Source of the DNA: Candidatus Bathyarchaeota archaeon | GTDB lineage: Archaea; Thermoproteota; Bathyarchaeia; Bathyarchaeales; Bathycorpusculaceae | Direction: 5' to 3' | Length of the DNA stretch: 64,000 nt | Assembly: GCA_963815095.1 (NCBI GenBank) | Contig: CAWFFH010000003.1 | Span: forward strand, 800,001 to 864,000 | In this document: positions 40,995 to 51,429 of the stretch, piece after piece | Layout: every line of letters begins with the position of its first letter | Position numbering within the stretch: position 1 is the stretch's first letter | Notes under the pieces: model-generated | Seen by the model: only the letters and a program-made list of their open reading frames with translations | Database searches by the model: none | What the model was told of the DNA's origin: nothing | Made by a program: the position numbers and the translations under genes

Positions 40995-41930
40995 TTGGCA
41001 CAACAACCAAGTTATAAAACAGTTTTCGTTTTCCTAGACACTGATAAATATTGCAGTCCTTTCGACATGCTTGTAGCTATAGATGCGTTTCCAGACTCAA
41101 TGATTTTCAAATATGAAAACGTCACAGGTGAAGACGCCCCAAAAATCGTCTACGACCTTCTCTTCCCACGCGGACCTGAAGGAGCAAAACATACCAAAGT
41201 TTTCATCAACGGAAGCAACTTTGAAATGGTTGAACAAGTGGTCGCTGCAACACAGAAAGCCATGAAGTCAGCTCCATGGGGAAACAGCATCATAGTTGAC
41301 CCACGAGGCGGATACTCTACAGCTGCAGCTGCAGTGGCAAAGACCTTCGGAGCTGCAATGGAGAAAGGTTTCGGATCCTTAGAAGGCAAGAAAGTCACAG
41401 TTCTCGCAGGCACAGGACCAGTCGGGCAAACAGCAGCAAGAATCTATGCAGCAGAAAAAGCAAACGTAACCATAACAAGCCGCTCACTTGCAAAAGGCCA
41501 AGTCGTAGCAGATAAAATCAACGCTGAATGCGGCGCAGCAAGAGTCAAAGTCGTCGAAGTTACAAAACCTGAACAGACAGCTGCAGCAATTAAGGGCGCT
41601 GAAATTGTTCTCTCTGCAGGTGCAGGAGGAATCCAACTTCTCTCAGCAGCAGACCTTAACGCTTCTCCAACCTGCAGAATAGTTGCAGACATAAACGCTA
41701 TCAAACCACTCGGAGTTGAAGGTTTAACACCAAACGACGACGGTAAAGAACTCAAAGCGGGTGTATATGGCATTGGCGCTTTAGCTATTGGCAAACTTAA
41801 AATTAAAACTGAAACAGAAATGATTAAACGTGCAACTGCAGAGCCATCAGGACTCTTCGACTACGCAATCGCCTACACTATAGCTAAAGACCAAATCCTA
41901 AAGAAACTCGCAAAAGCAGCTGCCAAATAA
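40995..41930 (+). CDS. NAD(P)-dependent methylene-H4MPT dehydrogenase (MtdA/MtdB/MtdC family)
   Basis: SPFDM..A.DA, FPRGPEG..HT..FI.G, DPRGGYSTAAAAVA, LAGTGPVG, DINA..P.G, GALAIG.LK. Confidence 0.85.
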   Translation: MAQQPSYKTVFVFLDTDKYCSPFDMLVAIDAFPDSMIFKYENVTGEDAPKIVYDLLFPRGPEGAKHTKVFINGSNFEMVEQVVAATQKAMKSAPWGNSIIVDPRGGYSTAAAAVAKTFGAAMEKGFGSLEGKKVTVLAGTGPVGQTAARIYAAEKANVTITSRSLAKGQVVADKINAECGAARVKVVEVTKPEQTAAAIKGAEIVLSAGAGGIQLLSAADLNASPTCRIVADINAIKPLGVEGLTPNDDGKELKAGVYGIGALAIGKLKIKTETEMIKRATAEPSGLFDYAIAYTIAKDQILKKLAKAAAK

Positions 41931-41940
41931 ACGCAGCTAA

Positions 41941-42020
41941 TTTCTTATCTTTTTGTTTTCTATTATCATTTTTATCTGCTTTTTTTTAATTATTTATCCT
42001 TACACTTTTTGTTCATCTTT
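41941..42020 (+). terminator. Extended oligo-T terminator region
   Basis: Several T5-T8 runs directly after the stop at 41930. Confidence 0.55.
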
Positions 42021-42179
42021 TGGCCCCAATTGACACTTTCTCTAAACCTGATAAAGAAGTAATTTTGACTTTTTGATCAATTAAAAACTAGAACTTGCTT
42101 GCGCAGATAAAACCCAGTTTCCAAGCATAGCAGATATAAGGAACCCTTACAATATTGACGGCACAGAAGTGTTTAGTTC

Positions 42180-42359
42180 ATGTCAGAAAAGTTGTCCTTA
42201 GTCACATGTACAAGTTGCGGAAAACCAATCCCGCCCGGCAGCGAATCCACAAAGTTCCTCTGCCCAAACTGCGGAGATATCCAAATTAAACGCGACGGAA
42301 AATGCCGCAAATTCGGACGCCTCTACAAATGCCCCAAATGTGGGTTTAGCGGACCATAA
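42180..42359 (+). CDS. Small Zn-finger protein (HVO_2753/DUF1610-like), below ORF-track cutoff
   Basis: My translation: MSEKLSLVTCTSCGKPIPPGSESTKFLCPNCGDIQIKRDGKCRKFGRLYKCPKCGFSGP; usual position upstream of EF-1beta. Confidence 0.9.
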   Translation: MSEKLSLVTCTSCGKPIPPGSESTKFLCPNCGDIQIKRDGKCRKFGRLYKCPKCGFSGP

Positions 42360-42373
42360 AATAGGCGAATAAA

Positions 42374-42652
42374 ATGGGCAGCGTATTAGTAACCTACAAG
42401 GTTTTTCCCGAAGACATTATGCCCAGCTTTGAGGGTCTCAAAGAGAAAATTAAAGCTATTCTCCCTGAATTTGCAGCAATTGAGGGATACGGTGAAGAAC
42501 CTGTAGCTTTTGGGCTAGTAGCACTTTTAGTTCAAATAAGATATCCTGAAGATAAATCAGGTTTGGTCGATGAATTCGAAGAAAAACTCGCAAAAATTCC
42601 TGGTGTAAGCCAAGCTCAAACGTTCCAAATTCGCAGAACCAGCCGCGATTAA
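42374..42652 (+). CDS. ef1b: Translation elongation factor EF-1beta
   Basis: V.V.YKVFPED, EEPVAFGLVAL. Confidence 0.92.
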   Translation: MGSVLVTYKVFPEDIMPSFEGLKEKIKAILPEFAAIEGYGEEPVAFGLVALLVQIRYPEDKSGLVDEFEEKLAKIPGVSQAQTFQIRRTSRD

Positions 42653-42790
42653 GCTACAAACCTCCTAAAACATCTCTTTATTTAAGCTCGAGCGCTTTTG
42701 CGCTTACAATTTAAAGTTTATATAGGAATAACTGCTTTTTCAAACACACATCCCAAAAAGGTACCTCAGATTATTTAGGAGAAATTTTAC

Positions 42791-44962
42791 ATGAGCGAAA
42801 TACAATTACGCGTTGGAGACGCACGGCAAAGAGATGTTGGCAGAGGAATCGCCCGTATTGACCAGCGAACCATGCAGAAACTAGGCATAAGCGCTGGAGA
42901 CGTAATTGAAATTGTGAACAAACGCACTACCTCCGCTATTGCTTGGCCAGCCTATAGCGAAGACCAAAATCGTGACATCATCCGTATCGATGGCTTCACT
43001 CGCAAAAACAGTGGAGTGGCCATAAACGAGTATGTGGTTATACGGCCTGCAAAAGTCAAAACTGCCCTTGCAATAACACTTGCACCAGTAGATATGCGCC
43101 TTAACGTGGATGAAGATTTTACTAACTTTGTTAAGAATCGCCTCATGGAACGCACCTTAGTCGAAGGTGACACAACCCTTGTTATGATGCTTGGACATGC
43201 AATCCCATTTACTGTTTCCAAAACACGTCCCCATGGAATCATAAAGGTTACCGCCGAATCCCGGCTTACAATCCTAAACGAGCCGGCGCCTGAAGGTAAA
43301 GGCTTACCCAGAACAAACTACGAAGACATCGGAGGACTCCAAGTAGAGATCCAGCGGGTACGCGAAATGGTAGAGTTGCCGCTTCGTCACCCTGAACTAT
43401 TCCAACGCTTAGGCATAGAACCTCCTAAAGGCGTGCTGTTGCATGGTCCTCCAGGATGCGGGAAAACTCTCCTTGCACGAGCAGTTGCTAACGAGTCAGA
43501 AGCCAATTTCTACTCTATCAATGGCCCTGAAATCATGAGTAAATTCTATGGAGAATCAGAAGCACGCTTACGCGAGATTTTCCAGCAAGCCCAACAAAAC
43601 GCACCAAGCATAATCTTCGTTGATGAACTCGATGCCATTGCACCAAAACGTGAAGAAGTCACTGGCGAAGTGGAAAGACGCGTTGTTGCTCAACTTCTCG
43701 CATTGATGGATGGGCTCTCTGGAAGAGGAAACGTCATAGTCATAGGCGCAACTAACAGACCAGGCGCACTTGACCCAGCCTTGCGTAGACCCGGACGGTT
43801 TGATCGAGAAATAGAAATCGGTGTTCCAGACAAGAAAGGTCGTTACGAAGTTCTCCAAATCCACACCCGTGGCATGCCGCTTGCTGAGGATGTTGACTTA
43901 CCGAAACTTTCTGCAATGACTCATGGCTACACGGGCGCTGACTTATCTGCGCTTGGCCGAGAAACCGCTATGAAAGCACTCCGAAGATACCTGCCCCAGA
44001 TTAACCTTGAAGAAGAACGCATCCCACCAGCCGTCCTCGAAAAGATGGAAGTTAGAATGGATGATTTCCTTGGTGCATTCAAAGAAGTTACTCCTACCGC
44101 AATGAGAGAAGTCTACATTGAAGTCACAACTGTCCACTGGGAAGATGCAGGAGGACTTGACGATGTAAAACAACATCTCATTGAAGCTGTTGAATGGCCA
44201 ATTAAGACGCCTGAAATATTCACTAAACTCGGGATACGCCCGCCTAAAGGCATCCTGCTATATGGTCCACCAGGTTGTGGAAAAACTTTGCTCGCACGCG
44301 CAGTGGCAACTGAAAGTGAAGCTAACTTCATATCAATTAAGGGCCCCGAAGTATTCAGCAAATGGGTTGGCGAATCAGAAAAAGCAATCCGCGAAGTCTT
44401 CCGCAAAGCCCGCATGGCAGCACCCGCCGTAGTATTCCTCGACGAAATAGACTCACTAACACCAAAACGTGGAATGGGTATGTCTGACAGTGGCGTTTCA
44501 GAACGCGTCATAAGCCAACTTCTGACAGAGATGGATGGAATAACCACCTTGCACGATATCGTAATTATCGCAGCCACTAACCGCCCTGACATGGTTGATT
44601 CCGCAGTTCTCCGTCCTGGACGCTTTGACCGTTTAATCTATGTGCCTGAACCTGATGAGAAAAGCCGTATGCAAATCCTCAAAATCTACACCAAAGGTAT
44701 GCCGATTAGCAAAGATGTGGACTTGAACCAGATTACAATTGCAACCAGGTACTATTCTGGCGCTGACATAGAATCTCTCTGCCGCGAAGCCGCAATGCAT
44801 TCACTGCGAAAGAACGTAAACTCAAGCGAAGTCACAATGAAAGATTTCCAGGATGCCCTAAAAGAGATGGGTCCATCGATTACACCTGACGTTGAGAAAT
44901 GGTACAAGAGCTTCATGCAGCAAATCCGACAAGTACAAAAGCCCGCTACTCCAGTAGCTTAG
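42791..44962 (+). CDS. cdc48: CDC48/VCP-family AAA+ ATPase
   Basis: N domain [10 protein letters not shown]; two AAA modules GPPGCGKT with DELD/DEID and RPGRFDR. Confidence 0.97.
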   Translation: MSEIQLRVGDARQRDVGRGIARIDQRTMQKLGISAGDVIEIVNKRTTSAIAWPAYSEDQNRDIIRIDGFTRKNSGVAINEYVVIRPAKVKTALAITLAPVDMRLNVDEDFTNFVKNRLMERTLVEGDTTLVMMLGHAIPFTVSKTRPHGIIKVTAESRLTILNEPAPEGKGLPRTNYEDIGGLQVEIQRVREMVELPLRHPELFQRLGIEPPKGVLLHGPPGCGKTLLARAVANESEANFYSINGPEIMSKFYGESEARLREIFQQAQQNAPSIIFVDELDAIAPKREEVTGEVERRVVAQLLALMDGLSGRGNVIVIGATNRPGALDPALRRPGRFDREIEIGVPDKKGRYEVLQIHTRGMPLAEDVDLPKLSAMTHGYTGADLSALGRETAMKALRRYLPQINLEEERIPPAVLEKMEVRMDDFLGAFKEVTPTAMREVYIEVTTVHWEDAGGLDDVKQHLIEAVEWPIKTPEIFTKLGIRPPKGILLYGPPGCGKTLLARAVATESEANFISIKGPEVFSKWVGESEKAIREVFRKARMAAPAVVFLDEIDSLTPKRGMGMSDSGVSERVISQLLTEMDGITTLHDIVIIAATNRPDMVDSAVLRPGRFDRLIYVPEPDEKSRMQILKIYTKGMPISKDVDLNQITIATRYYSGADIESLCREAAMHSLRKNVNSSEVTMKDFQDALKEMGPSITPDVEKWYKSFMQQIRQVQKPATPVA

Positions 44963-44973
44963 AAGGAACGCTT

Positions 44974-45210
44974 ATGCCGCAGATTAAAACTTGGAAAACA
45001 CGCCCAGCCTACTTTTTCCTCTTGGAAGTTTTAACCAAGAAAGGCGACCTGACTGACGATGATCTCTTTGACCAACTTAAAAGTGAATATGAAGATTTAG
45101 GCTTCAAAGACTTTAACGAACTTCTGCTTAAACTTGAGGTAAGCGGCAAAATTCGTACATCATCGATGTCTCGGGGCAAACGTCGAGTCGAACTAGTTCA
45201 CCCACGCTAA
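44974..45210 (+). CDS. Small winged-helix protein downstream of cdc48
   Basis: ATG 44974 after the cdc48 stop; LTDDDLF...FNELLLKLEVSGKIR wHTH pattern. Confidence 0.75.
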   Translation: MPQIKTWKTRPAYFFLLEVLTKKGDLTDDDLFDQLKSEYEDLGFKDFNELLLKLEVSGKIRTSSMSRGKRRVELVHPR

Positions 45211-45254
45211 TTCTATACGGTGAGTTAAGAAAGAATTTTTTCTTTCTTTTTGTT

Positions 45255-45713
45255 TTATTCTATTTGTGATGTTCCTGGTTGGGTAAAGGGTTCAGTCATC
45301 CCGACGAGGAATTTGCCGAATATGTTTATGTGGGTTTCTTCTTCAGCTAAAATCTCTTCCAGAAGTCGCCTTGTAGTGTAGTCGCCTTCTTCAGCTGCCA
45401 CCTGTATTGCTTGCTTGTAGAGGTTGATAGCTTTTTCTTCGTCTTGTTCGTTTTGTTTGAGCATTTCGATGAGGCTGCCTCTGACGAAAATTGGGTCAGG
45501 TTTGATTGTTGCTACGCCGTTGAGGTAGTCTAAGCGTTCTGCTAGGCGTTCGGCGTGTTTCATTTCTGCGATGGCGGTTTTGCGGAAAACATCTTCCACT
45601 ATGGCGCCGTCTGTGCCTGTAACTTGGATGTGTTGCCACATGTATTGAATGCTTACTTGCAGTTCACGAGCTATGCCTTTGTTTAAATAATCTAAAAGTT
45701 TTTGAGAGGCCAA
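45255..45713 (-). CDS. Ferritin-like (bacterioferritin-type) protein
   Basis: RELQVSIQY, EMKHAE.L.ERL, E..AI.LY, EEETH di-iron ligands; probable TTG start at 45713. Confidence 0.88.
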   Translation of the reverse strand: MASQKLLDYLNKGIARELQVSIQYMWQHIQVTGTDGAIVEDVFRKTAIAEMKHAERLAERLDYLNGVATIKPDPIFVRGSLIEMLKQNEQDEEKAINLYKQAIQVAAEEGDYTTRRLLEEILAEEETHINIFGKFLVGMTEPFTQPGTSQIE

Positions 45714-45823
45714 AATTATCCCTACAAAAATTAGGTCAACTCGGTATATAAATTGATTGCAGTCTAAATTGACCCCAAAATATAATAGCGTAATCGTATC
45801 AAACTCAAATGTCTGTGACACTT

Positions 45824-46285
45824 ATGAAAACGCTAATTATTTGTTTTTCTTATCATCATAAAAATACTGAGACAATCGCTTCGGTCTTCTCGAAGATTCT
45901 TGATGCAGAAATAAAAACTCCTACCGAAGTTGACTTAAATGCGCTCTCTGATTTTAATATGGTCGGGTTTGGTTCGGGAATTGCCTTTGGAAGCAACTAC
46001 GAAGTTCTGCTTGATTTAGCTGACAAGTTGCCCACAGTAATCAACAAGAAAGCGTTCATTTTCTCTACCAGCGGTCGAAAAGGGAACGGACCTAAATTCC
46101 ATAGAAAATTGCGGGAGAAACTTGAATCTAAAGGTTTTAGCATTGCTGGTGAATTTAACTGCACCGGGTTTGACACTTATGGGGCGCTCAAAATTTTTGG
46201 GGGCATACAGAAGGGGCACCCTGATGAAGAGGACTTAAAGCAAGCGGAGGTTTTCGCTCAAAGTCTCAAGGAAACAGGAAAGTAA
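45824..46285 (+). CDS. Flavodoxin family protein
   Basis: SYHHKNTE.IA, GFGSGI, FIFSTSG, GHPDEEDL. Confidence 0.85.
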   Translation: MKTLIICFSYHHKNTETIASVFSKILDAEIKTPTEVDLNALSDFNMVGFGSGIAFGSNYEVLLDLADKLPTVINKKAFIFSTSGRKGNGPKFHRKLREKLESKGFSIAGEFNCTGFDTYGALKIFGGIQKGHPDEEDLKQAEVFAQSLKETGK

Positions 46286-46308
46286 CGTCTTATCAAGCTG
46301 GAAGTTAA

Positions 46309-46866
46309 ATGAAAACTTTGATTATTTATGGCACCAGATATGGCGCTACGGAAGGTACCGCAAAGGAAATTGCAAAGGTGCTCGAGGAAGAAAAATTCGA
46401 TGTCAAAGTAGTTAACGTTAAAGAAGAAAAAATCAACGACATCTCTTCTTATGAACTCATCATAGCCGGAACAGGGCTACAGATGGCAAGGTGGGTTGGC
46501 GAAGTCGAGGATTTCCTCAAAAAACACCAAAAAGAATTGGCTCAGAAAAAAGTAGCGCTTTTTTTGTCAACTATGAAAACCGTCAGCGAACGGGAGGGTA
46601 AACTTGAAGATTTAGCGAAAGCTAAAAAGATGGAGCTCGACAGCAAACTCGGCAAATACAATTTCGAATTTCTAAGCATCGGGTTCTTTGGCGGTGTGTT
46701 AAATTTTAATAAAATGAATATAATCTCTCGGAAAGCTTTTGGCTCTTTGAGGGCAAGGCTGGAAAAGGATGGGTTTAAAGAAATTGAGCCGGGCTTGTTT
46801 GAGTTGCGTGATTGGGAAGAAATCCGCGGTTGGGCTAAAGAATTAGCAATTAAGTCACGGCAGTAG
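46309..46866 (+). CDS. Flavodoxin (HemG-like long-chain) protein
   Basis: YGTRYGAT..TA..IA, FFGG, RDWEEIRGWA. Confidence 0.85.
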   Translation: MKTLIIYGTRYGATEGTAKEIAKVLEEEKFDVKVVNVKEEKINDISSYELIIAGTGLQMARWVGEVEDFLKKHQKELAQKKVALFLSTMKTVSEREGKLEDLAKAKKMELDSKLGKYNFEFLSIGFFGGVLNFNKMNIISRKAFGSLRARLEKDGFKEIEPGLFELRDWEEIRGWAKELAIKSRQ

Positions 46867-47547
46867 GGCTGGATTTTCTGGTTGTTGAGTACTTTTTGTT
46901 TCTTCAGGCTTGCCCTTTTTGCCTCTAATTATGGGGATGACAAATTCAAGAACTACAAGCAACAGTATTAGCCCAACTATCACTGGCAAGCCCCATGAGT
47001 TGTTCCTTAAAAACAAGGTTACCCATCCAAACCATGGAATGCGCATAACTACTTTGCCTATCACGAGGTTTTGGGGAACGCCTTGTCCGCCGCTCCAAAG
47101 GGTGTTGGAGTCGTATTGGAGTGATGAGACAGGTGTTGGCCATTGGTCACCGTTGCCATCTCCTTTTGTTTGAAAGTACAATGTGCCGTTGATTCTGTTT
47201 ACGGCAACTATACGGTGAACGATTGGCGTGGATGTTGGGTTGGTTGGGTTTTCATAAACGATGATATCGCTGTTGGGGTAATTTGTGTTAAGGTCAGCTG
47301 GGTTTACTTCTTGAATGACTATAATATCGCCTATATGTAAGGTCTGGGCAAAGGGATGGCTCCAGCCATTGCAAGCGCCGTCATAAGGAACACACATACT
47401 GCCGCTTTCAACAACCCTTACTGGAACACCCGTTCCGAGAACTAGTTGTAAACCAAAAAATAATCCTAGAACTATAGCTACAATTACGGCGATAACGATT
47501 GCTGACTTGAAATATTCGTTTCGACGAATTTTTGTAGCAATGCTCAA
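46855..47547 (-). CDS. sec11: Signal peptidase I (Sec11/S26B type), copy 1
   Basis: VVESGSM, GD, IVHRI, TKGDGN, GKVV..IPW.G; N- and C-terminal TM. Confidence 0.9.
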   Translation of the reverse strand: MSIATKIRRNEYFKSAIVIAVIVAIVLGLFFGLQLVLGTGVPVRVVESGSMCVPYDGACNGWSHPFAQTLHIGDIIVIQEVNPADLNTNYPNSDIIVYENPTNPTSTPIVHRIVAVNRINGTLYFQTKGDGNGDQWPTPVSSLQYDSNTLWSGGQGVPQNLVIGKVVMRIPWFGWVTLFLRNNSWGLPVIVGLILLLVVLEFVIPIIRGKKGKPEETKSTQQPENPALLP

Positions 47548-47680
47548 TGTCTTGCCTTCAGCAGTTAACTCCTAAACGAAATAGAAACACCATTAATAAA
47601 GTAATTTCTTTCTTCGATTTATCAAATTAGAATTGTTTCGGCAAGCGTTGGAGCAATAGCATTGCATACTTTTTAATTGT

Positions 47681-48379
47681 TCAAGATTTTTGTTTAGTCT
47701 CTTGTTGTGGTGTCTTTTTTCTTCTGAACACTGGAATAACGAACTCTACAACTATCAACAAGAGTATGATCGCAATAATTATTGGGAGCCCCAATGAGTT
47801 ATCTCTTAAAAGTAAGGTGATCCAGCCCAACCATGGAATACGTAAAATTACTTTTCCTTCTACAAGATTTTGGGGAACGCCTTGTCCATGCCCATTGTAG
47901 ACGGTGTTTGAATCGTAAATTGTAGCTGGTGGTATTAGGGGCCATTGTTGTTCGTTTCCATCTCCTTTTGTTTGGAAGTACAGAGTGCCGTTGATCTTGT
48001 TCACAGCGACTATACGGTGAACGATGGGTGTATCAGAGGGGTTAGTAGGGTTCCGATAGACTATGATGTCGCTGTTTGGATAATTTGTATTCAAGTCTTT
48101 CGCGTTAACTTTTTGAATAATTATTAAATCGCCTGTGTCGAGGGTTCGGTCAAAGGGATGCTCTAAGGTTTGTAAGAAATTATTCAAAGAGTAGGGCGGT
48201 CCAGTTATGAAATTGAGTGGAAGACTCATACTACCGCTTTCCACAACCCTAATTGGAACTGAGGTGCCAAGAACCAGTTGTAAACCAAAGAAAAGTCCTA
48301 AAATTACTGCAATAATTATTCCGATAACAACTACTGAGGTGAAGTATTTGTTTTGTCGAATTGTCTTGACTATGCTCAA
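47681..48379 (-). CDS. sec11: Signal peptidase I (Sec11/S26B type), copy 2
   Basis: Same motifs; close tandem paralog of 46855..47547. Confidence 0.9.
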   Translation of the reverse strand: MSIVKTIRQNKYFTSVVVIGIIIAVILGLFFGLQLVLGTSVPIRVVESGSMSLPLNFITGPPYSLNNFLQTLEHPFDRTLDTGDLIIIQKVNAKDLNTNYPNSDIIVYRNPTNPSDTPIVHRIVAVNKINGTLYFQTKGDGNEQQWPLIPPATIYDSNTVYNGHGQGVPQNLVEGKVILRIPWLGWITLLLRDNSLGLPIIIAIILLLIVVEFVIPVFRRKKTPQQETKQKS

Positions 48380-48499
48380 TATTCTGCCTTCGACTGTTGG
48401 TTCTGAGAGGAAAAGAATGCACCATTAATAAACCACGTTCTTTTTTTGAAATAGCAAACAAAAAATAGTTCTAAGCTAGCTTTCTTTTGGGTTTATGGC

Positions 48500-49693
48500 G
48501 TGTTTAAGAGTAAATGGACACAAAGAGCCTTCTTCTTTGTAATATGCGCCATAGGCTTTTTTGCAATTTTTAGTTCAACTATGTCAAAGAACCCAGTTCT
48601 CAAACCCTTCGCAAGCAGCCTTGGTACCCCCAGCGACCTGTTGGGCATAGTCGCTTCCGCCTCAACTATCCCCGGTATCCTCATCAGTTTACCTGCCGCT
48701 TCGCTCTCCAACGTCTTTGGAAGACGCAAGGTTCTGTTGTTTGCCGCTTTTGTTTTTGCTTCGGCGCCTTTTCTTTATTTAGGGGTAAATTCGTGGTGGA
48801 CATTGGCGCTTGTGCGTTTCTATCATGGATTTGCAACTGCAATTTTTATGCCTGTGGCTGAAGCTACAATCGCAACGTTGTTTCCGACTAAGCGGGGCGA
48901 ACGTATGTCACTTTTTAATTCCGCAACTGCCGTAGGCAGAGCCATGGCACCGTTCATAGGTGGTTCCATTCTTTTTGCAACCAACCAGAGCTTCTTTACT
49001 CTTTACGTTGCCGTTGGAATTGCCGGAGTTACAGCTTTTGTTATTGCCCTGCTTTTCTTGGTTGAGAAAAGGGCGGGTGTAACCGAGGTGCCTTTGGAAA
49101 AGTCGCCAAGAAAAATGTTCAGCGGATGGCTATCTATACTAAAAAATACCAGTGTTTTAGGTGTCAGCTTTGTTCAAGCAATTCAATACTATGTTTTTGG
49201 AACGGTTGATTTCTTTTTGGTTGGATACTTAACTGACGTTGTTGGCTTGAACATTTTCTTGATAGGGGTCATAACAGGCAGTGAGATTATTGCGCTGATT
49301 GTTGTTAGACCTTTAATTGGCAGGATATCTGACAGAACCGGAAGAACAAAACCAATCATAATTGGCATCGTCGCCAGCTGCTTAATTGTTGCAGCAATAC
49401 CATTCACAACCCAATTTCCGCTTTTACTTTTGTTAGCGATTGGTTATGGGGCATCTTTTGCCACGGTTCTATCCTCCACTTCGCCCTTAGTGTGCGACTT
49501 AGTGCCTGCATTGCTGGTGGCTTCTTCAGTGGGGTTCATTTCAACCATGATGGATATTGGGCAAACTCTGGGACCAATAGCTAGCGGTGTAATCTTTGCA
49601 TCTTCACTTGGGTATTCGGGAATGTTTCTTTCTCTTAGTTTTCTGTTGATAATTTCAATAGTAATTTTTGTGTTGTCCACGAAGAAAAGATGA
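48500..49693 (+). CDS. MFS transporter
   Basis: 12 TM; SLSNVFGRRKV and GRISDRTGR motif A copies. Confidence 0.9.
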   Translation: MFKSKWTQRAFFFVICAIGFFAIFSSTMSKNPVLKPFASSLGTPSDLLGIVASASTIPGILISLPAASLSNVFGRRKVLLFAAFVFASAPFLYLGVNSWWTLALVRFYHGFATAIFMPVAEATIATLFPTKRGERMSLFNSATAVGRAMAPFIGGSILFATNQSFFTLYVAVGIAGVTAFVIALLFLVEKRAGVTEVPLEKSPRKMFSGWLSILKNTSVLGVSFVQAIQYYVFGTVDFFLVGYLTDVVGLNIFLIGVITGSEIIALIVVRPLIGRISDRTGRTKPIIIGIVASCLIVAAIPFTTQFPLLLLLAIGYGASFATVLSSTSPLVCDLVPALLVASSVGFISTMMDIGQTLGPIASGVIFASSLGYSGMFLSLSFLLIISIVIFVLSTKKR

Positions 49694-49698
49694 TTTTT

Positions 49699-50364
49699 TT
49701 AGAATTGTTTTCTTTCAAACAGAGTTATGGCCACTGTGAGGAGTGCGATTGTGACTGCGGCTGCTAAACCTACGGTGAATAAGTTTGCGTTAGGTAAGTT
49801 CAGCAGGGTTGGAATTAGGGGAATGACGGATGTTTGGTTTCCTCCGTAAATGACCAATATGGCTCCGACAAGAACTGTCGGAGAGGCCACGCCGATGAGT
49901 ACGCCTGCTGAGCATGCGACTGCAACCATTGACAGGCTTATGGCTAAAGATTGAGCGGTGTCGTTGAGGACTGTGGCTGGAAATGCGCCCGCTGTAAAGA
50001 AGTCGGCCATTAAACCCGCGAGAATTGCTATAAAACTTGCAATCGCGACACAGGTGTACACTGAAAAGAATTTTGCAAGCATCAAATCTCTGCGTTTTAG
50101 TGGTCTTATTACGAATAATTCGTAAACGTGTCGGTTTTTTTCGTTAATTATTGAGACTGCAAGCATTACTGCGGCTAAGGTTCCGGCAAGGCTGGAAACT
50201 ACTAATGAAGAGATAACTGTGAAAGATATTGCCTGTCCTGTGGTGCTGACTTGGATAAAGCGGAACAATAGTGCGATGACTGGTAGGCCTATCCAGAGGA
50301 AGAGCATTACTTTGGATTTGTAGAAGCCCCTTAATTCGTCAACGTAGAGTAGTTGTAGCTTCAT
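49699..50364 (-). CDS. ABC-2 type exporter permease
   Basis: 6 TM; SIINEKNR...RPLKRRDLMLAKF. Confidence 0.85.
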   Translation of the reverse strand: MKLQLLYVDELRGFYKSKVMLFLWIGLPVIALLFRFIQVSTTGQAISFTVISSLVVSSLAGTLAAVMLAVSIINEKNRHVYELFVIRPLKRRDLMLAKFFSVYTCVAIASFIAILAGLMADFFTAGAFPATVLNDTAQSLAISLSMVAVACSAGVLIGVASPTVLVGAILVIYGGNQTSVIPLIPTLLNLPNANLFTVGLAAAVTIALLTVAITLFERKQF

Positions 50365-51329
50365 GCTGTTTCCCCCTTTTGGATATAGTTCAGGTAAATT
50401 TCATCTAGCGAAGGCGATAGCAACGTTACGCCGAGGATGCGAATGCCAAGTTTGGTTATGGTTTGCACGAGGTCGTTGATTACTTGGTCTTCGTCTGCTC
50501 CTGTCTGAAGATAGATTAAGATTCTGCCGGGTGAGGTCTGCTCGACTTTGCTTACATTCGCAATTGAGCTGAATTGTTGCCATTTGTCGGTGACGTATGA
50601 GAGGAGTACTTCGACTATTTTTTGGTTAGACAGTTGGGATTTGAGTTCATTCATGGAGCCGACCATTTTGATTTTTCCGCGGCTTAGGATTCCAATTCGG
50701 TCTGCTACGTCTTGGACGTCGCTTAGGATATGTGATGAAAACAGAATTGTGGTGCCGTTCTTTGCGAGTTTTAGAACAATTTCTTTGAATTGGTGGCGGC
50801 TCAACGGGTCCAATCCGCCTAAGGGTTCATCCATAACCAAAAGTTTGGGATCATGCAAAAGCGCCTGCGCTAACCCAACCTTCTGTGCCATGCCGCCGGA
50901 GAGCTGAGAAATCTTTTTGTGACGCACATCACTAAGAGACATCAACTCCAAAATTTTGGGTATGCGTTCCTCCACTTCCATTTCGGTGAGCCCTGAAAGT
51001 TTCCCAAACGTCTTAAGTGCATGGTCAACGGTGCGCCACTCTTGGAAAGCCACGTTTTGGGGCAGGTATCCCAGTAATTTATGTGCCTCAAATTTCTGTT
51101 TTGGCAAGCTGTAACCGCCTATGAGGACTTCTCCCTGAAAATCGTTAATTAATCCAACCAGAATTTTGAGGGTAGTGGTTTTTCCTGCCCCGTTGGGACC
51201 AATGTACCCAAAGATTTCTCCTTCTTTAATTTCAAAAGACACGTTGTCTAGGGCGCGGAATTGGTTGTAGTTTTTGGTTACCTCGCGAAGTACAACGCAT
51301 GCATTTTGGTTGGGGGAATAGTTAGCCAT
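50361..51329 (-). CDS. ABC transporter ATP-binding subunit
   Basis: GPNGAGKTT, LSGGM, MDEP, SSH. Confidence 0.95.
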   Translation of the reverse strand: MANYSPNQNACVVLREVTKNYNQFRALDNVSFEIKEGEIFGYIGPNGAGKTTTLKILVGLINDFQGEVLIGGYSLPKQKFEAHKLLGYLPQNVAFQEWRTVDHALKTFGKLSGLTEMEVEERIPKILELMSLSDVRHKKISQLSGGMAQKVGLAQALLHDPKLLVMDEPLGGLDPLSRHQFKEIVLKLAKNGTTILFSSHILSDVQDVADRIGILSRGKIKMVGSMNELKSQLSNQKIVEVLLSYVTDKWQQFSSIANVSKVEQTSPGRILIYLQTGADEDQVINDLVQTITKLGIRILGVTLLSPSLDEIYLNYIQKGETA

Positions 51330-51429
51330 TTTTTAACCTGTTCCATTTATTCTGTGACTTGTCTTTTTATGTTATTCGAATCATTTTAAGAAAAAACATC
51401 CAAGCGAAGTAGGATAATCAAATGTGCCT

